From: Planctomycetota bacterium
GTDB lineage: Bacteria > Planctomycetota > Phycisphaerae > WQYP01
DNA: 64,000 bases
NCBI GenBank assembly: GCA_021852275.1
Contig: JAJZNX010000127.1
Location: 9,423-73,422 of the forward strand
Direction of reading: 5' to 3'
Position numbers and translations under genes: made by a program. Each line of letters starts with the position of its first letter. The stretch's first letter is position 1. Shown piece by piece: positions 1 through 10,746 of the stretch. The notes under the pieces were generated by a model. The model searched no databases, was not told where the DNA came from, and saw only the letters and a list, made by a program, of their open reading frames with translations.

Positions 1-1109
1 GCATTGCGGCAGGCAGTTTGTATTTTCTGATGATACACCATGCGTTCAGGGTTTATTGGAGTGTGGTGATCCGTAAACTGGTGGAAGCGCTGGCGTGTAA
101 CATGGTGATTGTGGCCTTGTTATCTGTGCCGATTCTGCTTGGATTGCACGAGCTTTATATCTGGAGCCATCCGGCATATATGCATTCCGATCCGCTGCTG
201 GCCCGGAAGTTATCCTTCCTCAACGAACCTTTTTTTCTGGTGCGGGTATTTATTTATTTTGTGGCCCTTTGCGGCATGGCTTTTTATTTGCGCAACAAAA
301 GCATTGAACAGGATCAGACTGGTTCCATCCAGCCCCTGCAGGCGATGTATAAAAACAGCCGCTGGGGACTGGTGGCGATGTTCTGGATACTGAACTTTGT
401 TGGGATTGACTTTATCATGTCGCTGGATCCCAAGTGGTACAGCTATCTGGCGGGTGGGTACTTTTTCGCAGCGGTGATGGTGATGGCCATGGCGGCTATT
501 CCGCTTTTGGCGATCTGGCTGCAGGATAACGGCAGGCTGGAACATGCCATTACCACCGAGCATTATCACGATATGGGTAAGTGGGTTTATGCGTGGAATC
601 TCATCTGGGCGTATCTGGCGTTTTCCCAGTATTTGCTTACCTGGTACGGTAATATTCCGTGGGAAACATCTTTTTATGTGGCCCGCATGGTGGGGCCATG
701 GTGGATTATCACGCTGGTTCTGCTTTTTGTGCACCTGGTTATTCCTGGTTTTGCCATGATGTCGCGGCGCGTGAAGCGGAATAGATCGCTGCTGGCTTTC
801 TGGTGCGTGTGGCTGCTGGCGGCGGAGTGGCTGGATTTTTATTGGCTTATTGCCCCGACGCTGTGGATTAACAATCGCGAGGCTAAAACCGGATACATCA
901 GTCCGCACGATCCTTATAAGCTCATGGGGCCGGCGCATGGCATTGTGTGGCTGCCGCTGCGGGCCACGGCCATTGAAATTGATATTTTGTGCGTGGTGGG
1001 GCTGGGCGGAATTTTTGTGGCATCCGCGCTATACTTCCTGCGCGACAGGGCGCTGATGCCGCTGAAAGATCCAAAATTACCGGCCTCGCTGGCGTTTGAG
1101 AATTATTGA
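1..1109 (+). CDS. actF: Alternative complex III ActF-like polytopic quinol-binding membrane subunit (5' end cut by window edge)
   Basis: The frame is open from the window edge, with no stop before the first start codon at 18. There are about 9-10 hydrophobic spans. The motif FSQYLLTWYGNIPWETSFY resembles the WYANxPEE signature I recall for ActF/NrfD-like subunits. It lies directly upstream of the cytochrome c + SCO1 + caa3 oxidase genes, which is the usual ACIII context. Confidence 0.6.
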   Translation, partial: IAAGSLYFLMIHHAFRVYWSVVIRKLVEALACNMVIVALLSVPILLGLHELYIWSHPAYMHSDPLLARKLSFLNEPFFLVRVFIYFVALCGMAFYLRNKSIEQDQTGSIQPLQAMYKNSRWGLVAMFWILNFVGIDFIMSLDPKWYSYLAGGYFFAAVMVMAMAAIPLLAIWLQDNGRLEHAITTEHYHDMGKWVYAWNLIWAYLAFSQYLLTWYGNIPWETSFYVARMVGPWWIITLVLLFVHLVIPGFAMMSRRVKRNRSLLAFWCVWLLAAEWLDFYWLIAPTLWINNREAKTGYISPHDPYKLMGPAHGIVWLPLRATAIEIDILCVVGLGGIFVASALYFLRDRALMPLKDPKLPASLAFENY

Positions 1110-1134
1110 CCGATAATATAAGGAGTTTGCACCG

Positions 1135-1896
1135 ATGTCGGATCCAACTAAAAATCATACCGGAGTCAACCACCCCTTGCCCGAAGGCGTGCGGGATGAT
1201 ACCAACATCGCCACCATTCTTCTGACCATGCTGTTTTCATCTTTGTTGGTGATTGTGTTTGTCATCGGTGTGATGGCCTATTTTCACCGGGAGAAAAATG
1301 CATTGACTCTCAAAAAGGCTGCATTGGCTGTCAACCAGAGCCAGGCGATTATTCATCGCCAGAAAGCCGACCTTGCCGCCCACTGGGTGAACCAGAAGCG
1401 GGGTACCGCCACCATGGGCATAGAGCTGGCGATGGATGAAGTGGTCCATCAGGCGAATCCGCGCAGTCCGTCGCCGCTCTTGGTGGTAAAACACAAGATC
1501 GTCAAGATGGCCACCACCCCCGCCAAAGCCAAAGCGGAGCCGCTAAGTGTTATGGGCAAAAAGCTGGCGACATCGTTGGGTTGCCTGGGCTGCCATACCA
1601 CCAACGGCCACCCCTTGGTGGGTCCGACGTGGAAAAATCTAGCCGGCTATCCGGAACATTTAACCAACGGTAAAACCGTTACCGTGGATTATAAGTTTCT
1701 TAGAATCATGATCTTACATCCCGGGAAATTATTGGTGAAAGGGGCACCGGCAGGCATTATGCCGGACATTTATTATGCCCAGTTGGCCGGGAAGAAACAT
1801 CCACATGAGACCAAGCTCAATGCCTTGATCTGGTACATCAACACGCTAAGCAACAAAAGCTCCAAGGCCACTCAGCCGCCGGTTCCCAATAAATAG
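1135..1896 (+). CDS. Membrane-anchored class I c-type cytochrome (monohaem)
   Basis: N-terminal TM helix ILLTMLFSSLLVIVFVIGVMAYF and a single CLGCH haem-binding motif with a downstream GIMP Met-ligand region. The C-terminal ~100 aa are paralogous to the two cytochrome c modules at the end of subunit II (shared GPTWKNLAG ... DY.FL ... HPG.LLVKG). Confidence 0.85.
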   Translation: MSDPTKNHTGVNHPLPEGVRDDTNIATILLTMLFSSLLVIVFVIGVMAYFHREKNALTLKKAALAVNQSQAIIHRQKADLAAHWVNQKRGTATMGIELAMDEVVHQANPRSPSPLLVVKHKIVKMATTPAKAKAEPLSVMGKKLATSLGCLGCHTTNGHPLVGPTWKNLAGYPEHLTNGKTVTVDYKFLRIMILHPGKLLVKGAPAGIMPDIYYAQLAGKKHPHETKLNALIWYINTLSNKSSKATQPPVPNK

Positions 1897-2079
1897 GCCG
1901 GGCAGGCAATCGGCTGGCGGGTTTGGTTTGGCCGATAGATTTTGTAATATATAGCGGCGGAGTTTGAGGTTATTGTGGACGGCCTGACGGAAAGTGAGTC
2001 CGACAGGCCAGTAGCATGGGTTGTCGGGAATTTGACCATGTTTGGCAGGCGTCATTTTGTACCCAGGAATTGCTCCGCG

Positions 2080-2949
2080 ATGGAGTGGATTCCTCGTCGC
2101 GTGATGCTGCTAATGATGCTGGTGATTGGTATGTCCATGAGTTCTAAACTCCATGCCCAAAATTACCTCGGCGGTTTTCAAAATGCGGCCCATGACCAAC
2201 ATGAAGATCTGGTGGCGGGCATTACCCAGCACATTGGGGCCAAGGTGCCGTTGAACCTGACCTTTCGCAATTCCCGCGGCAAACGGGTGACATTGCAGCG
2301 GTATTTTAAGCCAGGCCGTCCGGTTATTCTGGATTTCATCTATTTTGAATGTCCGGGAGTATGTCCGTTTGTCATGGATGGCGTGGCCAAAGCGATGAAC
2401 AAAATGCCGCTGGTGGCAGGGTCTGATTATGATGTGGTTACAATTAGCTTTGATCCTCATGATACCCCCAAGATGGCCGCGGAGAAAAAAGTTGAGTATG
2501 GCAGCATGTTGCACAGTGCCACGGCGATTAAGCATTGGCATTTTCTTACTGGCAAAGAACCGGCAATACAGGCCATGACTTCAGCGGTAGGTTTTCACTA
2601 TGTGTGGTTCAAGCAGTTACAGCGCTATGACCATCCGGCGGCCATATTTGTACTCACGCCGGGGGGGCGGGTTTCACAGTATCTCTATGGGATCAGCTAT
2701 CATCCCACGACACTGAAATTAAGCCTGGTGCAAGCTGGAGATCATACGCTTGGCACGGCTTTTGATCAGGTACTGCTGTTGTGCTGCTCATTTAACCCTG
2801 TAACCGGGCGCTATGCGGCCATTGCGGTGCGGGTGATGACGCTGTCTGGCGTGTTGGTGGTGGTGGCGCTGGGCACTATGTTTGGATTTGTATTTTATTG
2901 GGATAAAAAACGCCGCGGAAAGAATAGTTCATCGGGAGCTTCAACTTGA
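2080..2949 (+). CDS. SCO1/SenC family copper chaperone (thioredoxin fold)
   Basis: CPGVCP (CxxxC) motif, ISFDPHDTP ... HFLTGKEP block and HPAAIFVL typical of SCO1/SenC, plus N- and C-terminal hydrophobic anchors. The ORF track starts at 1975; I place the start at ATG 2080 (MEWIPRRVMLL...). Confidence 0.85.
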   Translation: MEWIPRRVMLLMMLVIGMSMSSKLHAQNYLGGFQNAAHDQHEDLVAGITQHIGAKVPLNLTFRNSRGKRVTLQRYFKPGRPVILDFIYFECPGVCPFVMDGVAKAMNKMPLVAGSDYDVVTISFDPHDTPKMAAEKKVEYGSMLHSATAIKHWHFLTGKEPAIQAMTSAVGFHYVWFKQLQRYDHPAAIFVLTPGGRVSQYLYGISYHPTTLKLSLVQAGDHTLGTAFDQVLLLCCSFNPVTGRYAAIAVRVMTLSGVLVVVALGTMFGFVFYWDKKRRGKNSSSGAST

Positions 2950-4463
2950 GTTTCAATTTTGCGACAGGCGCAACCAATATCATTCAGATGGCGACACTGA
3001 AATTGCCCGGAGTGCTGGCCGCGTGGGGATTGCCACATTCCGATGCGGTAACGAGTCCGGATGTACAATTTTTGTGGGATTTCATTTTGGGCGTGGCGGT
3101 GTTTTTCACCGTGCTGATTGTGGTACTGATGGTCTATTTCAGCATTCGCTATCATGCCAAAACCAAAAATCAGGTGGGCGATCATGGTCACCTCCATAAT
3201 ACGCCGCTGGAACTTACATGGTCGATTATCCCCTTGATTTTATTGATGATCATGTTTGTGCTGGGGTTCAAATACTATCTGAACATGGATACAGTGCCGT
3301 CCGGCGCGTATAAAATTGATGTGCAGGCCAAGCAATGGAGTTGGACATTTGTCTATCCCAATGGCGGCATCAGTGACAAATTATATTTGCCTGCCGGTCG
3401 GCCGGTGCGTTTGGATATGACCTCTTCAGATGTTCTGCACGGATTTTGGATACCGCGGCTGAGTATTCAAAAAGATGTGGTGCCGGGACGGGTGATGACA
3501 GTTTGGATTGAGGCCAAAAAGCCTGCCCGGATGTGGTTGCAATGCGCGGAATATTGCGGCTCCGGCCATTCCGAGATGCGTGCACGGGTGATTGTGGAAC
3601 CCTATGCGCAATTTAAAAAGAGTGTTCATGCCATAGCCGATATCTGGAAACAAAATGGCAAGCCCCTGTCCTTGGCGGAGGTCGGGCGGAAATTGCATGT
3701 CACGTTGGGTTGCATAGCCTGCCACAACATGACGGGTGCTCCCGGGGGTGTGGGACCGACTTGGAAAAATCTGGCTGGTTCCAAAGTGCATGACACTAAT
3801 GGCCAGGTTGTAGTTGCGGACTATGCATACCTTAAAAATGCGATTGTCCATCCCGGTCATTTGAAAGTGAAAGGTTATCCCCGCGGTATTATGCCCAATA
3901 CTTTCGCCGCTCAGCTAAAGAAAATATCGCCCAATGGCCGGGCATTGGACGCCTTGATTGCCTATATTAACAGCAAGAGTAAATATGCAAATCAACAGTC
4001 CCTGCCTCCGGAATTGAGGAAATCATCTACGCCGGTTCAACCTCCGGTAAAGCTGAATTCCCCACCGGCCAAGACATCCGGTTTGCCGGCGGCAGCGCTG
4101 CCGCTTGTCGCTAAAGGCAAGCTGCTGGTGCAGACCTTCGGTTGCACTGGCTGCCATTCTACCACCGGAGCTACAGGTGTTGGGCCGACCTGGAAGAATT
4201 TGGCCGGTTCAAAGGTTACGCTAACGAATGGGAAGGTGGTTACGGCCGATTACAAGTATCTAAGTGAAATGATTTTGCATCCCGGTACACTGCTGGTGAA
4301 GGGGGCTACTGCCGGTGTGATGCCGGGAACCTTTGGGGCCATGCTTTCCGGACCGAAACATCCACACGAGAAAAAACTCGAGGCTATAATATGGTACCTT
4401 AACTCGCTAAGCGACCATGCGAATAAAGCGAGCTGGCCGCCGGGCGGCGGGGCAAAAAAATAG
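2946..4463 (+). CDS. coxB: Cytochrome c oxidase subunit II fused to two tandem cytochrome c domains
   Basis: Two N-terminal TM helices and the CuA motif CAEYCGSGHSEM. Two C-terminal haem c modules follow (CIACH...GIMP and CTGCH...GVMP). TTG start at 2946; ATG 2988 is an alternative. Confidence 0.92.
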   Translation: MSFNFATGATNIIQMATLKLPGVLAAWGLPHSDAVTSPDVQFLWDFILGVAVFFTVLIVVLMVYFSIRYHAKTKNQVGDHGHLHNTPLELTWSIIPLILLMIMFVLGFKYYLNMDTVPSGAYKIDVQAKQWSWTFVYPNGGISDKLYLPAGRPVRLDMTSSDVLHGFWIPRLSIQKDVVPGRVMTVWIEAKKPARMWLQCAEYCGSGHSEMRARVIVEPYAQFKKSVHAIADIWKQNGKPLSLAEVGRKLHVTLGCIACHNMTGAPGGVGPTWKNLAGSKVHDTNGQVVVADYAYLKNAIVHPGHLKVKGYPRGIMPNTFAAQLKKISPNGRALDALIAYINSKSKYANQQSLPPELRKSSTPVQPPVKLNSPPAKTSGLPAAALPLVAKGKLLVQTFGCTGCHSTTGATGVGPTWKNLAGSKVTLTNGKVVTADYKYLSEMILHPGTLLVKGATAGVMPGTFGAMLSGPKHPHEKKLEAIIWYLNSLSDHANKASWPPGGGAKK

Positions 4464-4511
4464 TGGGTGTTTATCAATGGATGGGACGTCTTTTATGATA
4501 AGGACCGTGAC

Positions 4512-6230
4512 ATGACCACAACCACAGTGGATATTGGCGAACACGCTCGTGAAGAAATTCCGGTTGGCGGAAATTATCTCAATCAGGGTAAGGGTATTAA
4601 GTCCTGGCTTTTTACCCTGGATCATAAGCGCATTGGCCTGATGTATCTGATTTCCGGGCTGACGATGTTTTTCATCGGCGGCATGCTGGCTATGGTCATC
4701 CGCACCCAACTGCTGGTACCCAATGGATTGATTTTTCATGGTAGTTATGAGGCTTATAAACATTACAACCAGGTATTTACCCTTCACGGCATCATCATGG
4801 TTTTTATGGTATTGGTTCCTATTCCGCCCGGGGCCTTGGGCAACTTTGTATTGCCGTTGATGATTGGGGCCAAGGATGTGGCCTTCCCACGTCTGAATCT
4901 TTTAAGCTATTACCTGTATGTAACTGGTGCGATCATGGCCGTGGTTTCCACGCTGCTGGGTGCGGTGGATACCGGCTGGACTTTTTATACTCCTTTCAGC
5001 ATTCAAACTGAAACCTATGTGGTTTGGATGGTCCTGGGTATTTTTCTGTTGGGTTTCAGTTCTATTCTCACCGGGCTTAACTTCATCGTTACCATTCACA
5101 AATTGCGGGCTCCCGGAATGAAGTGGTTTCGGATGCCAGTGTTTGTTTGGGCTTCGTATGCCACGTCCATTATTCAGGTGGCGGCCACGCCGGTACTGGG
5201 CGTTACGCTGCTCCTTCTGGTTGCAGAGCGGGTGATGGGAGTGGGAATTTTTAATTCGGCACTGGGTGGAGATCCGGTGTTGTTTCAGGACTTTTTCTGG
5301 TTTTATTCGCACCCGGCCGTGTACATTATGATTTTGCCGGCGATGGGTATCGTCGGGGAAATTATCACGGTGTTCAGCCGCAAGCCTATTTTTGGTTACA
5401 AATTTATTGTCATGAGTTCACTGGCCATTGCCCTGATTGGTTTTGTGGTATGGGGCCACCATCTGTTTGTGAATGGACAATCGGCGGAATGGGATGCCAT
5501 ATTCAGCTTTATGACCTTTTTTGTGGCCGTGCCTTCCGCTGTAAAGGTATTCAACTGGCTGGCCACCATGTACAAGGGGGCGATTTCGCTGACCACCCCG
5601 ATGCTCTACGCCCTGTCCTTTATTGTACTGTTTACCATTGGTGGATTCACGGGCGTTATTCTGGGGGCGTTGGCCACCAATGTGGTGCTGCATGATACCT
5701 ACTTTGTAGTGGCCCATTTCCATTATGTGATGATGGGTGGGACGATCATTGCCTTTATCGGCGGCCTGCATTACTGGTGGCCGAAGATGTTTGGCCGGAT
5801 GTACAACGAAACCCTGGGCAGAATCACGTGCGTGATGCTTTTTATCGGTATTAATTTGACCTTTTTCCCGCAGTTTATTGTGGGTGCCGAAGGGATGCCG
5901 CGGCGCTACGCCACGTATTTGCCCCAGTATCAGCCCTACATGATTGCCTCCACGGTGGGTGCGTACATTCAGCTCGCAGCGTTTGTACTGATGGCGGGGT
6001 ATCTGATTCATTCGCTGGTCCGAGGTAAAAAGGCGGCGGCGAATCCGTGGGGTGCTTCCACGCTGGATTGGTCGATGGCGTCGCCGCCCACCACCGGCAA
6101 CTTCCAGCAGATGCCTGTAGTAACTCAAGGGCCATATCACTATGAGGATATGGAATATGATGGCCGTCTGGGAGGATTTGTCCATGTCGAGCCTGTGCCG
6201 GCGTTGGCGGGTGTGGGTGCTGGCCATTAA
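4512..6230 (+). CDS. ctaD: Cytochrome c oxidase subunit I (haem-copper oxidase catalytic subunit)
   Basis: [31 protein letters not shown] and [12 protein letters not shown] signatures with 12+ TM helices. The ORF opens at GTG 4467; ATG 4512 is chosen as the start. Confidence 0.95.
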   Translation: MTTTTVDIGEHAREEIPVGGNYLNQGKGIKSWLFTLDHKRIGLMYLISGLTMFFIGGMLAMVIRTQLLVPNGLIFHGSYEAYKHYNQVFTLHGIIMVFMVLVPIPPGALGNFVLPLMIGAKDVAFPRLNLLSYYLYVTGAIMAVVSTLLGAVDTGWTFYTPFSIQTETYVVWMVLGIFLLGFSSILTGLNFIVTIHKLRAPGMKWFRMPVFVWASYATSIIQVAATPVLGVTLLLLVAERVMGVGIFNSALGGDPVLFQDFFWFYSHPAVYIMILPAMGIVGEIITVFSRKPIFGYKFIVMSSLAIALIGFVVWGHHLFVNGQSAEWDAIFSFMTFFVAVPSAVKVFNWLATMYKGAISLTTPMLYALSFIVLFTIGGFTGVILGALATNVVLHDTYFVVAHFHYVMMGGTIIAFIGGLHYWWPKMFGRMYNETLGRITCVMLFIGINLTFFPQFIVGAEGMPRRYATYLPQYQPYMIASTVGAYIQLAAFVLMAGYLIHSLVRGKKAAANPWGASTLDWSMASPPTTGNFQQMPVVTQGPYHYEDMEYDGRLGGFVHVEPVPALAGVGAGH

Positions 6231-6328
6231 TCCGCTGAGCCGGCAGTATAGCGTGGCGGACGTAAAGCACGATCTTTATGCTGTCCGAAATGAACCGTGT
6301 TGAAGACCAAACAGATAAGTGAGAAAAG

Positions 6329-7207
6329 ATGAGTGAAAACGCCATCGCGACCTTGACGCTTGCCAGTCCGGAAGAAGTGGCTGGCCGGCATTTGGCCCAT
6401 CATTTTGATACGCCGCAGCAGCAATTCGACTCCGGCAAACTGGGGATGTGGCTATTTTTAGGGACGGAATTTCTCCTTTTCAGCGGATTGTTTTGCGCCT
6501 ACGCCGTATATCGCATGTTGCATCCGCAAATATTTATTTATGCTTCGCGCTACCTAGACCCGGTTTCAGGCGCATTGTGTACTCTGGTACTGGTATCCAG
6601 CGGTTTTACCATGGCCTGGGCCATTCGCTGTGCCCAATTGGGAAAACGTACCGCTTTGATTATTGCTCTCCTTTTGACCATCGCCGGCGGATTCGGTTTT
6701 TTGGTCATTCACGGCTATGAATATTTTGAAGAATATCAGCAGCACTTGATGTGGGGCACTCATTATCATCCCGCCGTCAATGCACCGCGACAGCAGGTGA
6801 TGGTGCCCAAATCCGGAGCTGTCGGCGGCAGTTGGAGTCAACTTAATCAACTGGGCAAGCAGGGGTACCTGGTGGCTCATTCTAATATTGCCCCGGCAGC
6901 CATCGGTCCGGCTGGACCGGCTTTGGCGCAGCGACCGGCAGATCCCGTTACGGCAGCATCCGTCACGGCCGCGGCCAGTCAACCCCACAATGTGCAGATA
7001 TTTTTTGGTATTTATTTTCTAATGACCGGGCTGCACAGCATTCACGTGATTGTCGGCATTATTCTGCTTACCTATCTGCTGGTACGGGCGATTCGCAAGG
7101 ATTTTGGCCCCGGTTATTATGCTCCCGTCGATTTTATCGGCTTGTATTGGGGCGTGGTGGATATGATTTGGATGTTTCTATTTCCGTTGCTCTATCTGAT
7201 CCACTAA
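6329..7207 (+). CDS. Cytochrome c oxidase subunit III (with Ala/Pro-rich internal insertion)
   Basis: GMWLFLGTEFLLFSGLF N-terminal motif and a C-terminal HSIHVIVGIILL ... YWGVVDMIWMFLFPLLY block typical of haem-copper oxidase subunit III. A ~70-aa low-complexity insert (residues ~150-225) lies between the two blocks. Confidence 0.88.
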   Translation: MSENAIATLTLASPEEVAGRHLAHHFDTPQQQFDSGKLGMWLFLGTEFLLFSGLFCAYAVYRMLHPQIFIYASRYLDPVSGALCTLVLVSSGFTMAWAIRCAQLGKRTALIIALLLTIAGGFGFLVIHGYEYFEEYQQHLMWGTHYHPAVNAPRQQVMVPKSGAVGGSWSQLNQLGKQGYLVAHSNIAPAAIGPAGPALAQRPADPVTAASVTAAASQPHNVQIFFGIYFLMTGLHSIHVIVGIILLTYLLVRAIRKDFGPGYYAPVDFIGLYWGVVDMIWMFLFPLLYLIH

Positions 7208-7244
7208 GCTCGTTATACCGTTGGAACGTCAAGGAGAATTGATT

Positions 7245-7658
7245 TTGTCAGATCACGCAGAACATGCTCATGGTGCTGGACCGGTAACCCCGTCCCATTC
7301 AACAGTTATTCCCATGCGGATTTTGGTGGCGGTGTGGGTTGCACTGTGCGCTCTGACGGTGCTGAATTTGCTGCTGGACAAGGTGCATTTGCACGGATTG
7401 AGTGTGGTTGTATCCTTAGCCATTGCGTCGGCCATGGCCATTGTTGCTGCGATGTATTTTATGCATCTGCGCTACGACCATCCTTTTTACCTTACCGCGT
7501 TGATTTTGGTAATTATTTTCATCGCGATTTTTATTTCCTTTTCCGCCCACGATACCCTGCAATATAAATCGCAACTCATAAAAGGTCAGGCCCCGGCAAT
7601 GGTTCAGGCTGCGCAGGGGCGGGCTAAAACCGCGGCATTACCCCCGACCACACCGTAA
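7245..7658 (+). CDS. Cytochrome c oxidase subunit IV family small membrane protein
   Basis: Small protein with 3 TM helices directly after subunit III. An AAGGAG Shine-Dalgarno at 7231-7236 lies 8 nt before TTG 7245. The ORF track opens at 7221. Confidence 0.7.
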   Translation: MSDHAEHAHGAGPVTPSHSTVIPMRILVAVWVALCALTVLNLLLDKVHLHGLSVVVSLAIASAMAIVAAMYFMHLRYDHPFYLTALILVIIFIAIFISFSAHDTLQYKSQLIKGQAPAMVQAAQGRAKTAALPPTTP

Positions 7659-7729
7659 GTTAGCTTTGCCATGAGCACCGTGATACCTGTATCGGTGAGG
7701 GCGCATTCGCTGTTGTCGGGCGAAATGGG

Positions 7730-8428
7730 TTGTCGGAGCACAACATGACAGACGACATCGACCCGCCGCCACGCTTCTTAAATGCTGCCACTGGATCTTC
7801 GCGTCAGCCGATCTTATTTGTGCCGGGAGCCGGGGCCATGGGGGTGGGCCTGCTGGTCTTTTCACTCTCGGTTCTCTTTGGATCGAGTTTAACAGGTTAT
7901 TTGTATATTCGCGCTCAGTCTCCAATGGTTGCACATCTGCATCTTCCAAAACTGCTCTGGGTTAGCACCGCAGTTTTGTTAATCAGTTCCATCACCATGC
8001 ACATGGCATTGCGGGCGATACAGCAGGGGCGGGAATCGCAATTGACGCGGAATCTTGCCGCCACGTTCGGCCTTGGTCTGTTGTTTTTAATTTTACAGGC
8101 TATCAGCGCGGTGGACATCTTCCACACCTTGCAGCTATCCGATATGGCCATGGCGCGGGTTGGCATACGCAACACCGGAGGCCTGACTCCCGGTTTGACT
8201 CCGGTGGTTCAGACTCATGTGTTAATCGCAGCTTTTTACGTATTTACCGCCTTGCATGCACTGCACGTCATCGGTGGCCTGATTCCTCTGGGGGTGGTGC
8301 TATGGCGGGCGATGAAGGGCGGTTATTCGCGTAATTATTATCCCGGTGTAAGATATTGCAGCATTTACTGGCATTTTCTGGATGTTGTCTGGCTGGCGAT
8401 TTTTGTGGTCCTGTTGGCCACGTTTTAG
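7730..8428 (+). CDS. Second haem-copper oxidase subunit III-like membrane protein
   Basis: Five to six TM helices. The C-terminal FYVFTALHALHVIGGLIPL ... YWHFLDVVWLAIFVVL matches the subunit III fold. It sits in the same operon. Confidence 0.75.
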   Translation: MSEHNMTDDIDPPPRFLNAATGSSRQPILFVPGAGAMGVGLLVFSLSVLFGSSLTGYLYIRAQSPMVAHLHLPKLLWVSTAVLLISSITMHMALRAIQQGRESQLTRNLAATFGLGLLFLILQAISAVDIFHTLQLSDMAMARVGIRNTGGLTPGLTPVVQTHVLIAAFYVFTALHALHVIGGLIPLGVVLWRAMKGGYSRNYYPGVRYCSIYWHFLDVVWLAIFVVLLATF

Positions 8429-8437
8429 GATAAGACC

Positions 8438-10675
8438 ATGACCGAAGCCATTACATTTGATGCACAGCAGAAACTTTTTTTACTCCGCACGCATCGGTCC
8501 TTTTATGCCATGCAGATTCTACCGAATGGTGAACTGGTACACGTTAAATTTGCGGCCATTGATCCTGCGGTACAGCCGTTGCGGTTGTCGCTGCTGGATG
8601 AGTATCCTGGAGCTGATTGGGCTTCCTGGGAAAATCAAACCCGCTTATGGGAATTTCCAGCCTTTGGCGACATTTCGTACCACGATGTTGCCGTGAAGGC
8701 GGCATTTCCTGCGGCCGGTGGACCGGTTGCCGCGCAGGATGCTGCCATTTATCCCATCCGCGATCTGCGCCCGCGCTATCGCCGCCATGAAATTCGTACC
8801 GATGCCGTCCCCGGGCTTTCGCCTGTGCATGGCCGGCCTGTACGTAAACAGGCCACGGCCCGGCAAACCTTGATCATCGATATGCAGGATATTGGCTTGG
8901 ATTTTTGCGTGCGTCTGTTTTATCGCCTCACACCTGAATGGGATATCATTGAACGCTGGGCAGAGCTGGAAAACCGCACCACGATGCCGGTAACTATTGA
9001 ATCGCTGGCGTTTGCCACCATCCATCTGCCCCTGGGCGAATATGACTTGACACGCACGGCCGGTGCCTGGGCTAGGGAATTTATTCCGGTTACCCAATCT
9101 CTGCAGCAGGGATTGACAGTGCTTAAACAGCAGGGCCTCAACACCGGCCACAGTATTAACCCGGCCTTTTTAGTTCAACCTCGCGGCCAGGCCATGCCGG
9201 AATCCGGCCCGACTTATTTTGGCGCACTGGCTTACTCCGGCAACTGGTCCATCCGTTTTGAATTACTGCCGACCGACCCTATCCGTATTCATGGCGGTTA
9301 TGAAACTGATGATTTTGCGCTGCACCTGCCTCCGGGCGAAAGCCATACCACACCTGCCTTCGTCTTTGGCGTTGCAGACGATGGTGTTGACGGAGCAAGC
9401 CACCGCCTGCACAGTTTTGCCCGTGATTATGTTCTTCCTGTGCCGGTGCATACTTCTTCCCGTCCGGTGCTTTATAACAGTTGGGAAGCGGTATATTTTG
9501 ATATGACCGTTGAAAGCCAGGTGCGGCTGGCCCGCATTGCCGCCGCCATTGGGGTGGAACTGTTTTGTGTGGACGATGGTTGGTTCAAGGGGCGTCGCTC
9601 GGATCATGCCGGCCTGGGCGATTGGGTGGTGGACCGGACTATTTTTCCGAATGGATTAAACCCGCTGATTGAGGAAGTCAAAAAACTGGGTATGAGGTTC
9701 GGTCTTTGGGTAGAGCCGGAAATGGTCAATCCGAATTCCGATTTGTACCGGGCCCATCCTGATTGGGTGCTGCATTTTCCTACCCGTCCACGTACCGAAT
9801 TGCGTCACCAGTTGATTCTTGATTTTGGCCGCCCTGAAGTTGTCCACCATGTGCATACCATGCTCGATGCCTTGCTTCAGGAGTACGATATTACGTTCTT
9901 CAAGTGGGATATGAATCGCCATGCCATAGAGCCGGGCAGCGTGGCCGGGCAGGAAATCTGGTTTCGCCATGTTGCGGGTGTTTACGGCATTATGGATCAA
10001 CTTCGTCAAAAATATCCGCGGCTGGAAATTCAATCCTGTTCCGGCGGGGGAGGGCGGGTGGATTTAGGCATATTGGGCCGCGTGGAACAGGTGTGGACCA
10101 GCGACAATACCGATGCCCTCGATCGTGTGTACATTCAAGATGGATTTTCTTTATTTTATCCGCCCGGAGTGATGGAATCCTGGGTCACACATGAACACAA
10201 TCACCAGACCGGACGGGTGCTTCCGCTGGAAGTCAGATTTGATACCGCCATGCGGGGTGTTCTGGGAATAGGCACGAATTTAGATCGCCTTTCCGCGGAA
10301 GAACTGGACACGTATCGCCGCAACATCGCCTTTTACCGCAAAATTCGTCCGATTATCGAGCAAGGCCGGCTGCATCGACTGACTACGGCGAGCGATCATG
10401 GGGCCAGCGCCTGGCAAATGGTGCAGCCGGATGGTTCGCAAAGTGTTTATTCGCTGGTGGTGGTCCATTCGCTTTTGGGCCATCAGGTGCCATGTCACCC
10501 GTTGCGCGGCTTGGTGCCTGAAGCAACGTATCGCATTACCAATGCGTCGGAGCGCGAACTGCTTAGACTTTCCGGTGCCCAACTGATGACGCTGGGGCTG
10601 CCTGGCAATCATCAGCATATTTATGTGAAGGCGGGTATCCGCAGCCGCACGGTATTGCTTTCTCGTGTGGAGTAG
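8438..10675 (+). CDS. Alpha-galactosidase, glycoside hydrolase family 36
   Basis: ~745 aa with the GH36 hallmarks FCVDDGWF, FKWDMNR and CSGGGGRVD. The N-terminal beta-sandwich region is typical of AgaA/RafA-type enzymes. Confidence 0.9.
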   Translation: MTEAITFDAQQKLFLLRTHRSFYAMQILPNGELVHVKFAAIDPAVQPLRLSLLDEYPGADWASWENQTRLWEFPAFGDISYHDVAVKAAFPAAGGPVAAQDAAIYPIRDLRPRYRRHEIRTDAVPGLSPVHGRPVRKQATARQTLIIDMQDIGLDFCVRLFYRLTPEWDIIERWAELENRTTMPVTIESLAFATIHLPLGEYDLTRTAGAWAREFIPVTQSLQQGLTVLKQQGLNTGHSINPAFLVQPRGQAMPESGPTYFGALAYSGNWSIRFELLPTDPIRIHGGYETDDFALHLPPGESHTTPAFVFGVADDGVDGASHRLHSFARDYVLPVPVHTSSRPVLYNSWEAVYFDMTVESQVRLARIAAAIGVELFCVDDGWFKGRRSDHAGLGDWVVDRTIFPNGLNPLIEEVKKLGMRFGLWVEPEMVNPNSDLYRAHPDWVLHFPTRPRTELRHQLILDFGRPEVVHHVHTMLDALLQEYDITFFKWDMNRHAIEPGSVAGQEIWFRHVAGVYGIMDQLRQKYPRLEIQSCSGGGGRVDLGILGRVEQVWTSDNTDALDRVYIQDGFSLFYPPGVMESWVTHEHNHQTGRVLPLEVRFDTAMRGVLGIGTNLDRLSAEELDTYRRNIAFYRKIRPIIEQGRLHRLTTASDHGASAWQMVQPDGSQSVYSLVVVHSLLGHQVPCHPLRGLVPEATYRITNASERELLRLSGAQLMTLGLPGNHQHIYVKAGIRSRTVLLSRVE

Positions 10676-10746
10676 CTGGCCGCAGCGTACCTGTGTCCGG
10701 GGCCATACGGATTTCTGGGGAAATGTGCCTCCCCACCGAAGTGCTC

